Shown here: piece after piece, positions 35,254 to 45,494 of the stretch
Position numbering within the stretch: the first letter of the stretch is position 1
Layout: each line of letters begins with the position of its first letter
Assembly (NCBI GenBank): GCA_041686025.1
Contig: JAWLEP010000003.1
Location: forward strand, 17,744-81,743
Source: Candidatus Fermentibacteraceae bacterium
GTDB lineage: Bacteria; Fermentibacterota; Fermentibacteria; Fermentibacterales; JCC-6
Reading direction: 5' to 3'
DNA length: 64,000 bases
Notes under the pieces: generated by a model
Database searches by the model: none
Told to the model about the DNA's origin: nothing
The model's input: only the letters and a program-made list of their open reading frames with translations
Program-made: the position numbers and the translations under genes

Positions 35254-36891
35254 TCACCCGGACAGGCCGGACCTGACCTTGTCCAGAAGCGACCGCACCT
35301 GGATGGAGCCCAGGGCGTGGGAGACCCCCAGGAAGCCGGCGTAGCCCAGGGCCGCCGCCGCCCCCACCCGGGCGCCTATGAGCAGAAGGCTGGCGTCCAG
35401 GTCGAAGGGCCACAGCCTCTCCATGCCCAGGAGTATTCCCACCATCACCGCTCCCCCCGCCAGGAGCCGCAGGTGCTCCATGATCGTCCTCCGCGCCCCC
35501 AGGGGCCCCACCTTGCGGCGGAAGCTCCAGTAGAGGAAGGCCGTCTTCCCCGAGGAGGAGAGGGTGGTTGCCAGCGCCAGGCCGCCGATTCCCAGAGGAC
35601 CCACCAGAATGAAGTTGAGGAGCACGTTGCTCACCATGGCCGATACCCCGAAGATCATGGGAGTGAGAGTGTCCTTGAGGGCGTAGAAGCCCTTGAAGGC
35701 CACCGCACCCGCTCCGAACTGGGCCAGCCAGGGGGCGTAAAAGGCCAGTGCGTAGCCCACCAGCCTGGCGTCGCTCACCGTGAAGCTGCCGCGGCGGAAG
35801 AGGGTGGCGACTATGGGAGTGGCCAGGGTGGTCATCAGTATGGCCACGGGCAGGGTGATGAACGTGGACCAGCGCACCTGCGACATCATGGCCCTCTTCA
35901 GCTCGCCGATGGCCCTCTTCGCCGCCTTCTTCGACAGCTGCACGTCCGCCAGCGCGATCAGCGGACCGATCAGTATTGAGTGGGCCACCATCTTTATGCG
36001 GTCGGCGTACTCCAGGGCTGTCACCGAGCTGGATTCCAGGTAGGAGGCCAGCATCTTGTCGAAGATGGGGCCCATGAAACCCACCAGCGACCCGAAGGTA
36101 ACCGGGGCCGCCATCCTCAGGAGGGTGGCGAAGCTGCGCTCCCTGGGGTCCACCACAGGTTTCGGCCAGTGGCCGCCCCCGCAGGCCAGGGCCAGGGAGA
36201 CGGGGAAGACGAGGATGGGCCCCATCACCCCGGCCACGGGCAGGGCGTATATGCCGAGGGGCCCATGAGCGGCAGCAACGGTGAGCAGCGTCAGCGCCGC
36301 CGAGCAGATCCGGAGCCCGGAGACCAGGGCGTACCTGTTCCTGTACATCAGCAGGGCGCCCAGGGTGCCGTTCACCGCCGCCAGGAGTATCACGGGCACC
36401 AGGATCCACAGCATCTCGGAGGCCAGGGCGGAGGCGTCCGGGTCCAGTCCCGGCCCGGCTATGCCTACCAGACGCCTGCTCAGCACGACCAGCAGAACCG
36501 AGATCAGCGCCCCTGTGATGCCTACCCAGGTCAGCACCCGGCTCACCAGCCTGTCGGCCGCCTCCCGGCCCCTGTTCTCCAGGACGTCCGAGTACACCGG
36601 CAGGAAGGTGGAGTTGAAGCTGTGGGCCACTATCTGCCGCATCAGGGTGGGGAAGACCATGGCCACGGCGTAGGCGTCGGTCTTCCAGCTCATGCCGAAG
36701 ATGTCGGCCACCAGGGCCTGCCTGGCGTAGGTGAGCACGGCGATGACGATGTTCCCCGAGGAGAGCAGGGAGTAGCCGCTGCCGTAGCCCCCTCCGGTGA
36801 GGCGGCGCCCCAGCCCCCCCAGCAGACTCAGCGGCGAGCGGGCCCTACCCAACGGCCAACGGGGCTCTGTGCATCCCTTCTCCACCTCCAA
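35254..36891 (-). CDS. murJ: Lipid II flippase MurJ (MviN family, MOP superfamily)
   Basis: 14-TM MOP-family layout. Conserved N-terminal region SGNIVIAVLTYARQALVADIFGMSWKTDAYAVAMVFPTLMRQ typical of MurJ. The true start may be internal. Confidence 0.8.
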   Translation of the reverse strand: MEVEKGCTEPRWPLGRARSPLSLLGGLGRRLTGGGYGSGYSLLSSGNIVIAVLTYARQALVADIFGMSWKTDAYAVAMVFPTLMRQIVAHSFNSTFLPVYSDVLENRGREAADRLVSRVLTWVGITGALISVLLVVLSRRLVGIAGPGLDPDASALASEMLWILVPVILLAAVNGTLGALLMYRNRYALVSGLRICSAALTLLTVAAAHGPLGIYALPVAGVMGPILVFPVSLALACGGGHWPKPVVDPRERSFATLLRMAAPVTFGSLVGFMGPIFDKMLASYLESSSVTALEYADRIKMVAHSILIGPLIALADVQLSKKAAKRAIGELKRAMMSQVRWSTFITLPVAILMTTLATPIVATLFRRGSFTVSDARLVGYALAFYAPWLAQFGAGAVAFKGFYALKDTLTPMIFGVSAMVSNVLLNFILVGPLGIGGLALATTLSSSGKTAFLYWSFRRKVGPLGARRTIMEHLRLLAGGAVMVGILLGMERLWPFDLDASLLLIGARVGAAAALGYAGFLGVSHALGSIQVRSLLDKVRSGLSG

Positions 36892-37067
36892 ACAGGGGAA
36901 GCAGGACTATGCCAACCTTCGTTTTGGCGAGTCAACCTCGTCTCCCCCTCCAGAAGGCCGGCCTCTCATTGCACCCCCACAGCGCCTCATCTATATTTTT
37001 TGCGTATCAGTGACCTTCCCTCCGCAGGAACCCGTAGGCTTCTAACCGGAAGTGGAGTGAAGCAGGC

Positions 37068-38168
37068 ATGAGAATCGCCCTTCACGTGGACTGCCCGCCG
37101 TGGAGACCCACGGGCATCGGCAGGTACATGCTGGAGCTCACCCGGGCCCTGGTCCCACTGGCCGAGCGAATGGAGGCCTGGTCCCGTCCCAGCTGGCTGC
37201 GGGCAGCCCGACGGACATTCTCCGGTATGGACGTGCCGGTCTACCCCACCCTCAGCTGGCGGGGCTACAGGGACGCACTGCTTCCGAAGCTGCACACGCG
37301 GCTGAGGGATATCGCTCTGGTCCACTCTCCCAACGGCAGGCTGCTGCCTTCCAGCCTGGGCCTGCCGCAAACGGTCATGGTGCACGACTTGGCCCTATTC
37401 CTCTACGATGACATCAAGCCCCCGGGGGAGACCGAGGCCTGGCGACGGCGAATATCCCGCTGCGCAGGAGAGGCCGACGCCATCCTCGTCAACTCACTGG
37501 CCACCGGAAGGGACCTTGTGGACCTCTTTCCGGAGACCGAGGGAAGGGTCTTTCATACCCCTCTCGGCGTGGACCATATCCGCAACGCAGGCAACCGGCG
37601 CTCCGCCAGCCCCAGGCACATCCTTGCCGTTGGCAGGGTGGAGCCGAGGAAGAACTACACGGGGCTGCTTCGGGGGTACAGGGAGCTGGTCTCAAACCAG
37701 GGTTCTACACCACCCCTGGTGATCGCCGGAGGGGCCGGCTACCGGGCCGACAGGGTACTCGGCCTCATCGATGAGCTCGACCTGGCCAACCGGGTCAGGA
37801 TGGAGGGTTACGTTACCGATGAGCGTCTGCACCGGCTCTATGCGGATGCACACTGCCTGGTCCATCCCGCCCTGCACGAGGGCTTCGGCTTCACCGTTCC
37901 GGAGGCGCTCGGCTTTGGCGTCCCGGTGGTCTGCTCCGGGGCAGGCGCTCTTGGCGAGCTCTTCTCGGACGCGGCCTACATCGTCGACCCCGGGGACCCC
38001 ACCTCCATAGCCTGCGGCATTGCCAGGGCCCTGGCGGAGGGGCTCTCCGCGGACCAGGCCGGGGCGGTGGAAGACCTGTTCTCCAGGCTGACCTGGGCCG
38101 GCTGCGCGGCCCGAAGCATGGAGGCCTTCAGGTGCGTGCTCGGGGCCCGGCGGCCAGGACGTCCGTAA
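37068..38168 (+). CDS. Glycosyltransferase family 4
   Basis: GT-B fold with C-terminal EGFGFTVPEALGFGVPVVCS (EX7E-type motif). Confidence 0.85.
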   Translation: MRIALHVDCPPWRPTGIGRYMLELTRALVPLAERMEAWSRPSWLRAARRTFSGMDVPVYPTLSWRGYRDALLPKLHTRLRDIALVHSPNGRLLPSSLGLPQTVMVHDLALFLYDDIKPPGETEAWRRRISRCAGEADAILVNSLATGRDLVDLFPETEGRVFHTPLGVDHIRNAGNRRSASPRHILAVGRVEPRKNYTGLLRGYRELVSNQGSTPPLVIAGGAGYRADRVLGLIDELDLANRVRMEGYVTDERLHRLYADAHCLVHPALHEGFGFTVPEALGFGVPVVCSGAGALGELFSDAAYIVDPGDPTSIACGIARALAEGLSADQAGAVEDLFSRLTWAGCAARSMEAFRCVLGARRPGRP

Positions 38169-39285
38169 CCAGCGACCAGAAGGCGGTGCCCATGGCGCGC
38201 CAGCTGAACCGCTGCTCGGCCACCCTGCGTCCCTCGGAGGCCACTCTCCCGGCCAGGCCCCGGTCCCGTGTCAGGTCCAGCACGCGGCCTGCCACATCCT
38301 CCGCGGTCTCCGCCTCCTGCAGAACGCCACTTCCTGCAAGACCCAGGCTTCGGGCTATCCTGGGATTGGTGACAACCGGCAGCCCCGAGGCCATTGCGGT
38401 GATGACCTTCAGCGGGGTTCCGCTGCCGATGCGCATCGGCGCAAGCATTACCTGTGCCCGGGCGTAGTACTCACGCATGTCCTCCACCGTGCCCGTGACG
38501 ACAACGTCCTCACCGGCAAGCGCGCGTACGCTCCGAACCGGATCGCGGCCGGCCAGAACCAGCCTGCCGGACCATCCCCTGCGCCGCAGCATGGGGATGA
38601 CTTTCCGGACCATATAGAGGGCGGCATCCACGTTCGGGTAGTAGCTGAGGTCCCCCGAGAAGAGGAGCAGTCCCTCCTCGGGCCTCCTCTCCATGGACCA
38701 GTATTCCATCTCTGCGCCGTTGTAAACCACCGGCACGGGCTCCCCCCGCAGCTCCGAGAAGTACTCGGCATCCGTATTCGAACAGGCCACGAGGAACGCG
38801 TTGTCGAGAACCCTCGCATTCTCCCATCTCCGCAGCTTCCACATCGTGACCCTCCTGTGCAGCGAGACGGGGAGCGAGTCGCTGGAGTACCGGATCAGAC
38901 CCCTGCAGGAGTGCCACTCGACGTTGTGCGAGTCGTAGAGGACCGGATACTCCGGAGGTGCCATCGGGAACACATGCAGTCCGGAGAGAACCACCAGATC
39001 GGGGTCGAACTCCCTGATCCTCCGCCATACCTCCGACCTGTCGGGGGAGCTGCGGTAGGGCAGAACTATCTGAGGGGTAAGGCTGAGGAGCTCCCGCACC
39101 CTGGAGACTTTCCTGGGTTGGAACGTGGCGTCCGCAGGATACCTCTCGGAGGGCCCGGGGGGGTAGACCCTGAGTACCTCCAGATGGGCCGGAACGTGCT
39201 TCATGAGGCCTTGGATCCTCATAGAGAACCCGCTCATCAGGGGCTCCGGCGGCAGTGTCGATACGAACGCTATCCTATTCCCCAA
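38128..39285 (-). CDS. Glycosyltransferase family 4
   Basis: GT4 C-terminal motif GSGTPLKVITAMASGLPVVTN. Its 3' end overlaps the convergent GT4 gene by 41 nt. Confidence 0.85.
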   Translation of the reverse strand: MGNRIAFVSTLPPEPLMSGFSMRIQGLMKHVPAHLEVLRVYPPGPSERYPADATFQPRKVSRVRELLSLTPQIVLPYRSSPDRSEVWRRIREFDPDLVVLSGLHVFPMAPPEYPVLYDSHNVEWHSCRGLIRYSSDSLPVSLHRRVTMWKLRRWENARVLDNAFLVACSNTDAEYFSELRGEPVPVVYNGAEMEYWSMERRPEEGLLLFSGDLSYYPNVDAALYMVRKVIPMLRRRGWSGRLVLAGRDPVRSVRALAGEDVVVTGTVEDMREYYARAQVMLAPMRIGSGTPLKVITAMASGLPVVTNPRIARSLGLAGSGVLQEAETAEDVAGRVLDLTRDRGLAGRVASEGRRVAEQRFSWRAMGTAFWSLVTDVLAAGPRART

Positions 39286-40240
39286 AGGACCTCCCAGATT
39301 TCCTCTCCCGCCTTCGTCCCTGTGTCACTCTACCGCCCCGCCGCAATCCTGCGGGAACGCCACCCTCAATGCCCCTGATGCCATCCAGGGCGGCCCGCCA
39401 CATCCATCTGACGGAGCGCCAGTGGCCCCTCAGGGGAAAGGTGAGCGTCTTCAGGCAGGTGACCGCAAGGTAGTATACGGCAAACAGACCCATCTCGGCG
39501 GGTGAGAGCTCCTCGGCGGCGGCCAGAAACCGGTTGCGGTGGGTGAAGTAGATGGAGAACGGGGACATCACGCCTCCAGTGGTGACGGAGACGTGGTGCA
39601 GGACCTCCGCCCGGGGCTCCAGGACTATCTTCATCCCCGACCGCAGGCACCGGAGGCACATCAGCGTGTCTTCGTGGTAGATGAAGAAGCCCTCCCGGAA
39701 ACCGCCCAGCCTGCCGTAGGTGTCCGAGGCCATCATCATGGCGCATCCGCTGGCGAAGCCCGTCTCCACCGGCCGCTCCGGAAGGCTCTGCCGGTCCGGG
39801 TAGGTCCTGTGGTGGAAGACCATCCGCAGGCGCCGCAGTGTACCGCCTGCGCTCCATACGAGATCGGGCCTCTCGGCGTAAAAGACGGCCGGCGTGGATA
39901 TTCCCGCGTCCGGCCATTCCCGGACAGCATCCACCAGCAGCATCAGCGTGTCGGGCTCCACGGTGGTGTCGTTGTTGAGGACGAAGGTCCAGGGGATCTC
40001 GTCGTTGTCGAACAGTCCGAAGGCCCGGTTGTTCCCTCCGGTGAATCCCAGGTTCTCCTGGGACCGCATCAGGCGCAGGTTCGGATACTCCTGCACCCAA
40101 TCGGGCACCGGAGTCGAGGATCCGTTGTCCACCAGCATGGGATGAACGGAAACCCCCCGGGAGGCCATAAGGGAATCCAGACACTGCCTGGTCAGCTCCC
40201 ACTGGTCCAGGTTGACCAGCAGGACCGCTATCCTGTCCAA
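39275..40240 (-). CDS. Glycosyltransferase family 2
   Basis: GT-A N-terminus IAVLLVNLDQWELTRQCLDSL…VDNGSSTP with the GT2 arrangement. Confidence 0.85.
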   Translation of the reverse strand: MDRIAVLLVNLDQWELTRQCLDSLMASRGVSVHPMLVDNGSSTPVPDWVQEYPNLRLMRSQENLGFTGGNNRAFGLFDNDEIPWTFVLNNDTTVEPDTLMLLVDAVREWPDAGISTPAVFYAERPDLVWSAGGTLRRLRMVFHHRTYPDRQSLPERPVETGFASGCAMMMASDTYGRLGGFREGFFIYHEDTLMCLRCLRSGMKIVLEPRAEVLHHVSVTTGGVMSPFSIYFTHRNRFLAAAEELSPAEMGLFAVYYLAVTCLKTLTFPLRGHWRSVRWMWRAALDGIRGIEGGVPAGLRRGGRVTQGRRRERKSGRSFGE

Positions 40241-40270
40241 TCGATCACCTCCGGGAATCCCTTGGCGGGC

Positions 40271-41461
40271 TCACGGGAGATCCGAGTACACCTGGTCCAC
40301 GAGCCTGACGAACCGATCCATCGAGTAGCGGGATTCCATCCGCCTCCTCGCATTCCGTCCCAGCCGCCTTCTGCCCTCTTCGTCGTCCAGCAGATCCAGT
40401 ATCGCCCTCGACAGCGCATCCGCATCCCGGGGTCTCACCAGGATGCCGGTCTCGCCGTCCACCACGGTCTCCGATACGCCCCCCTCCGCGAAGGCTACCA
40501 CCGGCACGTCCAGGGAGCCGGCCTCGATGACCGTCCTTCCGAAGGGCTCGGGCCGCAGTGAGCAACTGACTACAATATCCATGTCGGACATTGCCGGGAA
40601 GGGGTTCTGCCGGAAGCCCAGGTAGCTGATGCTGTCAGATATGTCCCAGGTCCGACAGAGCTCCTTCAGCTCCTTCTGCAGTGAGTCGCTCCCCCGTCCG
40701 AGAACGGCGAATCGGACGTCTTCACGCCGCTGGAGAACCTTTCGGGCGGCCTCCAGAAAGAGCCTGTGCCCCTTCCAGCCGACGATCTGTGCGAACAGAC
40801 CCACCCATCGCACATCTTCGTCGAGGCCGGAGCAGCCGGCCGAAGCCAGCTTCTGCAGCAGCCGCGGGTCCACGCCGTTGGGCACCACAGTCACCCGCCC
40901 GGGAGCGGCCCGGTAGCTGTCCAGGATGAACCGGCGCAGGAAATCGGAGTTGGCCAGGATCATATCGGTCCGCGGCACCAGAAGCCGCATGAGCCACACC
41001 GGAGCGAAATGGTCGTGAATGGACCAGACCAGCCTGGCGGGACTGAGCCCGGTCACCAGGCGCCCCACCAGCTGGGCAGGGATGGAGTTGGTGTGCACGA
41101 TGTCCACTCCCTCTGCGGCCGAGAACCTGGCTATGCGGAGCGCCGAGCCGGCCAGCTCCAGAAGGCTGGAGAGGCTTCCCTCGTCCTTTACGTCGGGGAT
41201 CCGGAAGGGAAGAACCTGCGCTCTGCCTTCCATCCGGTCCAGGAAGGACTCCATCAGAGGTCTGTTGATGAACAGATCGTACCGGGAGGGGTCGAGATTC
41301 CTTACGATGTCCGCCAGGTAGAGCTGGGAGCCGCTTACCCTGTCCAGATGGTCCAGAAAGAGGATCCTGCGACTGGCCACTTCCCTGAGCGCACCCTTCA
41401 GCTGTCCAGAGCCATCCGAACGCGCCGACCCGACGCACCAGTAGAGTGTCCCATCCGGCAC
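40271..41461 (-). CDS. Glycosyltransferase family 4
   Basis: EPFGRTVIEAGSLDVPVVAFAEGGVSETVVDGETGILV. Confidence 0.85.
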   Translation of the reverse strand: MPDGTLYWCVGSARSDGSGQLKGALREVASRRILFLDHLDRVSGSQLYLADIVRNLDPSRYDLFINRPLMESFLDRMEGRAQVLPFRIPDVKDEGSLSSLLELAGSALRIARFSAAEGVDIVHTNSIPAQLVGRLVTGLSPARLVWSIHDHFAPVWLMRLLVPRTDMILANSDFLRRFILDSYRAAPGRVTVVPNGVDPRLLQKLASAGCSGLDEDVRWVGLFAQIVGWKGHRLFLEAARKVLQRREDVRFAVLGRGSDSLQKELKELCRTWDISDSISYLGFRQNPFPAMSDMDIVVSCSLRPEPFGRTVIEAGSLDVPVVAFAEGGVSETVVDGETGILVRPRDADALSRAILDLLDDEEGRRRLGRNARRRMESRYSMDRFVRLVDQVYSDLP

Positions 41462-41499
41462 TTCCCGTCAAGTGAGTCGCGGATCATCGGCCTTGGAGC

Positions 41500-42714
41500 T
41501 TGCCGCGACTGCCGTCCGCCTTATCTTCTGCTGCAGAACCGGAAGGGAGAAGGTTGGAGACCGCGTCGATCTTCCATCATCTGCCCAGCGGGGGCGGGAT
41601 ACGCGTTGCATCCCAGATGCTGGGGGCAATGGCGCAGGACTATCGCTGGAGCGTTCACTGTCCCCAGGGATCGCCGGACCCCGGCCTCGGTCTTCCCGGG
41701 GGACTGGTGGAGTACCCCTTCCCCCAGTCCGAACGGATCTCGGGGATGAGAAGGCTGGCGGCTCCGCTGTCCCTGATCCGCAGGCTGCTGGCCTTCCGCC
41801 GGGTCTGCCGCGAGGCCGCCGGGAGGATGTCGGAATCATCCCGGCGGGCCCTGGTCCACAACTCCATGGTGGTGGCAGCCCCTCCGGTGCTGGAGTACCT
41901 CTCCATTCCTTCTCTCTACTACTGCTTCGAATACCCGCGGCACATCTACGAGCCCGGGCTGATCCGCAGGACGGCAAACCCCGCTGCCAGGGCCCTTCTG
42001 CTTCCGCTGCGGCTTCTGGAGAGGAGGGTGGACAGGAGGTCGACCCTCTCCGCATCGGGGGTTGCCACCCTGTCGCGCTACATGGCGGGCAGGCTGCGGG
42101 AGATATACGGCCTGGAGGCGGCGGTGGTGCGCCCCGGGGTGGACGCAGACAGGCTCACCCCCGGCGATGGCTCCGCCGGTGACTACGTGCTCTCGGTGGG
42201 CGCCCTGTGGCCGTTCAAGGGACACGAGCTGGCCATGGAGGCGGTGGCCCGGCTTCCCCGCCGGATTCGCCCCTCCCTCCGGATAGTTGCGGACAGGGAG
42301 CTTCCCGGATACTCCAGGCGGCTGCGGCAAGAAGCCGCCCGCCTGGGGGTAGACCTCCGGGTACACCGCGGCATCCCCGAGGAGGGTCTGCTCGAGGCCT
42401 ACCGGCGGGCCCGGGCCGTCCTGTGCTGCCAGGCGCGGGAGCCCTACGGACTGGTGCCCCTGGAGGCCATGGCGTGCGCCCGGCCCGTTGTGGCGGTGGC
42501 GGAGGGGGGCTTCCTGGACAACGTGGAACACGGACGCACGGGATTGCTGTCGGATCGGTGCCCGGCGGAGGTGGCCCGCCGCCTGGAATCGGTTTTGGCC
42601 GACCCGGCGCTGGCCCGAAGGCTGGGGGAGACGGGGCGGAGCTTCGTCCTGGAGGACCGTACCGTGGAGGGAGGGGCGGAGAGCCTCTCCTCGCTGCTGG
42701 CCGCAATCGGCTGA
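41500..42714 (+). CDS. Glycosyltransferase family 4
   Basis: EPYGLVPLEAMACARPVVAVAEGGFLDNVEHGRTGLL. The start may be internal (MLGAMAQ…). Confidence 0.8.
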   Translation: MPRLPSALSSAAEPEGRRLETASIFHHLPSGGGIRVASQMLGAMAQDYRWSVHCPQGSPDPGLGLPGGLVEYPFPQSERISGMRRLAAPLSLIRRLLAFRRVCREAAGRMSESSRRALVHNSMVVAAPPVLEYLSIPSLYYCFEYPRHIYEPGLIRRTANPAARALLLPLRLLERRVDRRSTLSASGVATLSRYMAGRLREIYGLEAAVVRPGVDADRLTPGDGSAGDYVLSVGALWPFKGHELAMEAVARLPRRIRPSLRIVADRELPGYSRRLRQEAARLGVDLRVHRGIPEEGLLEAYRRARAVLCCQAREPYGLVPLEAMACARPVVAVAEGGFLDNVEHGRTGLLSDRCPAEVARRLESVLADPALARRLGETGRSFVLEDRTVEGGAESLSSLLAAIG

Positions 42715-42823
42715 GGATATCGACTGTACAGCTGCCGCGGCCGGGGCTATCTTCCCCGACTGTACAAGCTCGGCAGAGACTATAGCCGCGGCCATTCGGC
42801 TGCGGCACGGAAGGGACGTACAC

Positions 42824-43951
42824 TTGACCAGGAGAGCTCTGATAACCGGGGGAGCAGGATTCATAGGCTCGCATCTCGCCGACCTACTGCTGGAGAACGG
42901 CTTCGAGGTGAGGGCCCTGGACAGCCTGGACCCGCAGGTGCACGGCGAGGGAGCGAACCGCCCGGCATACCTGGACGAACGCGTGGAGCTGGTGCGGGGA
43001 GATGTCAGGGACGGCGATGCGGTGGACTCGGCCCTGGAGGGCTGCTCCATACTGGTGCATTTCGCGGCAGCGGTGGGCGTGGGCCAGTCCATGTACGAGA
43101 TCGAGAGGTACACGTCGGTCAACGCCCTGGGGGCGGCGGTGGTGCTTCAGCGGGCCCTGGACCACCGAGACCACCTGGACCGGATGCTGGTGGCCAGCTC
43201 CATGTCCATATACGGCGAGGGGCTGTACAGCTGTCCGCGGTGCGGTACGGTGGCCCCCAGGCTGCGCAGCGCCGACCAGCTGGCCAGGCGGGAGTGGGAG
43301 GTCCGCTGCCCGGAGTGCGACAGCCCCTGCACGCCGCTTCCCACCCCGGAGAGCAAGCCCCTGTTTCCCACCTCCATCTACGCGGTGAACAAGCGCGACC
43401 ACGAGGAGATGTTCCTCAGCGTGGGGGAGGCCTACGGCATTCCGGCCACCGCCATGAGGTTCTTCAACGTCTACGGCGAGCGGCAGGCCCTCTCCAACCC
43501 CTACACGGGGGTGGGGGCCATATTCGCCTCCCGGCTGCTGAACGGCAATCCCCCAGTGATCTTCGAGGACGGGGGCCAGAGCCGGGACTTCATACACGTC
43601 CGTGACGTGGCCAGGGCCTGCGTGATGGCCCTGGAGAGCCCCGACTCCGCCGGGCAGGTGTTCAACGTGGGAACCGGCCGCAGCACCAGCGTAAGGGACA
43701 TCGCCAGGGCCATAGCCCGCCATCTCGGCCATCCCGAGGACGACGTGATCGTGCGCAACCAGTACCGCGCCGGCGACATCCGCCACTGCTTCGCCGACGT
43801 CTCCCGGGCCAGGGACGTACTGGGATTCGAGGCCCGCACGGCCTTCGAGGACGGCGTGGAGGAGCTCTGCGACTGGGTGGAGTCCCAGACCGCCGCCGAC
43901 ATGGTGGACAGGGCCACCGAGGAGCTTCAGCAGCGGGGGCTGACCCGGTAG
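42824..43951 (+). CDS. NAD-dependent sugar epimerase/dehydratase (SDR family) with an inserted CxxC…CxxC zinc-ribbon
   Basis: Probable TTG start (LTRRALITGGAGFIGSH, Rossmann GxxGxxG); the upstream part of ORF 42488..43951 belongs to the preceding GT4 gene. YxxxK region present. The insertion CPRCGTVAPRLRSADQLARREWEVRCPECDSPC is atypical for SDR epimerases. Confidence 0.75.
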   Translation: MTRRALITGGAGFIGSHLADLLLENGFEVRALDSLDPQVHGEGANRPAYLDERVELVRGDVRDGDAVDSALEGCSILVHFAAAVGVGQSMYEIERYTSVNALGAAVVLQRALDHRDHLDRMLVASSMSIYGEGLYSCPRCGTVAPRLRSADQLARREWEVRCPECDSPCTPLPTPESKPLFPTSIYAVNKRDHEEMFLSVGEAYGIPATAMRFFNVYGERQALSNPYTGVGAIFASRLLNGNPPVIFEDGGQSRDFIHVRDVARACVMALESPDSAGQVFNVGTGRSTSVRDIARAIARHLGHPEDDVIVRNQYRAGDIRHCFADVSRARDVLGFEARTAFEDGVEELCDWVESQTAADMVDRATEELQQRGLTR

Positions 43952-43995
43952 CCCATGCAACGCGAACCTCTGACGACGGACGGGGCGGAGGCAGG

Positions 43996-45450
43996 ATGAG
44001 CTTCGGCGTTGCGGTGGTGAATCCCCCCTTCATGGGCGGCAGGTTCTCGCGGACCTCCCGCTCCCCGGCCATCAACAAGAGCGGCACCCTCTACTGGCCC
44101 TTCTGGCTGGCCTACGCCACCGGGGCGCTGGAGGAGGCCGGATTCGACGCCGAGCTGCTGGACTGCCCCGCCGCCGGCACCGGCGAGGGGGAGCTGCTGG
44201 ACCGGCTCTCCGAGAGCAGACCCCGCCTGGTGGTGATGGACACCTCCACCCCTTCGATCTACAGCGACCTCCGCGTCGCCTCCGCGGTGAAGGCCCGGCT
44301 GCCGGAATCCATGGTGGTGATGGTGGGCACCCACGTCAGCGCCCTGCCGGAGGAGTCGCTCCGTCTGGCCCCGGCGGTGGACGCGGTGGCGGTGGCCGAG
44401 TACGACCGCACCGTGGTGGAGCTGGCCCGGGCCCTGGAGGGGGGCGGGGCCCCTGCGGAGGTGCCGGGCCTGGTCCTCTCCCGGAACGGACGGCTGGTCC
44501 GGACCGGCCGGCGCGAGCCCGTCGAGGACCTGGACTCCCTTCCCCTGCTGGCCGAGGTCTACAGCCGCCACCTGGCCGCGGAGGACTACTTCTTCGCAGC
44601 CGCCCGCTACCCCAGCGTGATGCTCATCACCAGCCGGGGCTGCCCCTACCGCTGCTCGTTCTGCGTCTGGCCGCAGGTGATGCACCGCGGGGGATACCGG
44701 GCGATGTCCGCAGGCCGGGTGGCCGAGGAGTTCACCCGGGTGGCCCGGCTCTTCCCGCAGGCCCAGGAGGTGGTGGTGGAGGACGACACCTTCGCCGTGG
44801 ACAGCCGACGGGTGGAGGAGGTCTCCGAGGCCCTGATAGCAGCCGGCAACCGCCTGCCCTGGACCGCCAACGTCAGGGCCAACCTGAGCCTCGAGGCCAT
44901 GCGGAAGATGAGGGCCGCACGCTGCCGGCTGATAATCGTGGGCTACGAGTCCGGGGACCAGGGGATACTCAACGGCGTCCGCAAGGGCACCACCGTGGAG
45001 CAGAACATGGAGTTCGCCGACAGGGCCCGGAAGGCGGGCCTGCTGGTGCACGGCTGCTTCATGGCCGGCAACCCCGGGGAGACCCGACAGACCCTGGACC
45101 GCACACTGGAGATGGCCAAGCGCCTCTCCCCGGACACGGCGCAGTTCTTCCCCATCATGGCCTACCCGGGCACGGCCCTCTTCGAGCAGATGCGGAAGGA
45201 GGGCCGGCTGAGGACCACGCGCTACGACCGCTGGGTCACGGAGGAGGGCCTGCACAACTGCGTGGTGGACCTGCCCGGGCTCCCCGCCGAGGAGCTGGTG
45301 AGCTGGTGCGACCTGGCCCGCAGGAGGTTCTACCTCCGGCCCTCCTACCTGCTCTACAAGGCTCTCCAGACGCTGCGCCATCCCCTCACCGAGGGCCGCA
45401 GGACCCTCAGGGCATTCGGCACCTTCCGGAAGTACCTCTTCCGGAGGTAG
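43996..45450 (+). CDS. B12-binding radical SAM protein (class B rSAM)
   Basis: N-terminal cobalamin-binding Rossmann-like domain followed by the radical SAM core ITSRGCPYRCSFCVW (CxxxCxxC). Confidence 0.85.
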   Translation: MSFGVAVVNPPFMGGRFSRTSRSPAINKSGTLYWPFWLAYATGALEEAGFDAELLDCPAAGTGEGELLDRLSESRPRLVVMDTSTPSIYSDLRVASAVKARLPESMVVMVGTHVSALPEESLRLAPAVDAVAVAEYDRTVVELARALEGGGAPAEVPGLVLSRNGRLVRTGRREPVEDLDSLPLLAEVYSRHLAAEDYFFAAARYPSVMLITSRGCPYRCSFCVWPQVMHRGGYRAMSAGRVAEEFTRVARLFPQAQEVVVEDDTFAVDSRRVEEVSEALIAAGNRLPWTANVRANLSLEAMRKMRAARCRLIIVGYESGDQGILNGVRKGTTVEQNMEFADRARKAGLLVHGCFMAGNPGETRQTLDRTLEMAKRLSPDTAQFFPIMAYPGTALFEQMRKEGRLRTTRYDRWVTEEGLHNCVVDLPGLPAEELVSWCDLARRRFYLRPSYLLYKALQTLRHPLTEGRRTLRAFGTFRKYLFRR

Positions 45451-45494
45451 GCATTCTGTACGCCGGGCCCGTCATCTATTAGCGTAACCGCGTT

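Noticed and set aside
41462-41499. Possible sigma-54 promoter (TTGGAGCTTGCC) in the divergent GT4 intergenic region
   Set aside because: Spacing between the GG and GC elements is 5 nt rather than the required 10. Does not fit the -24/-12 consensus.
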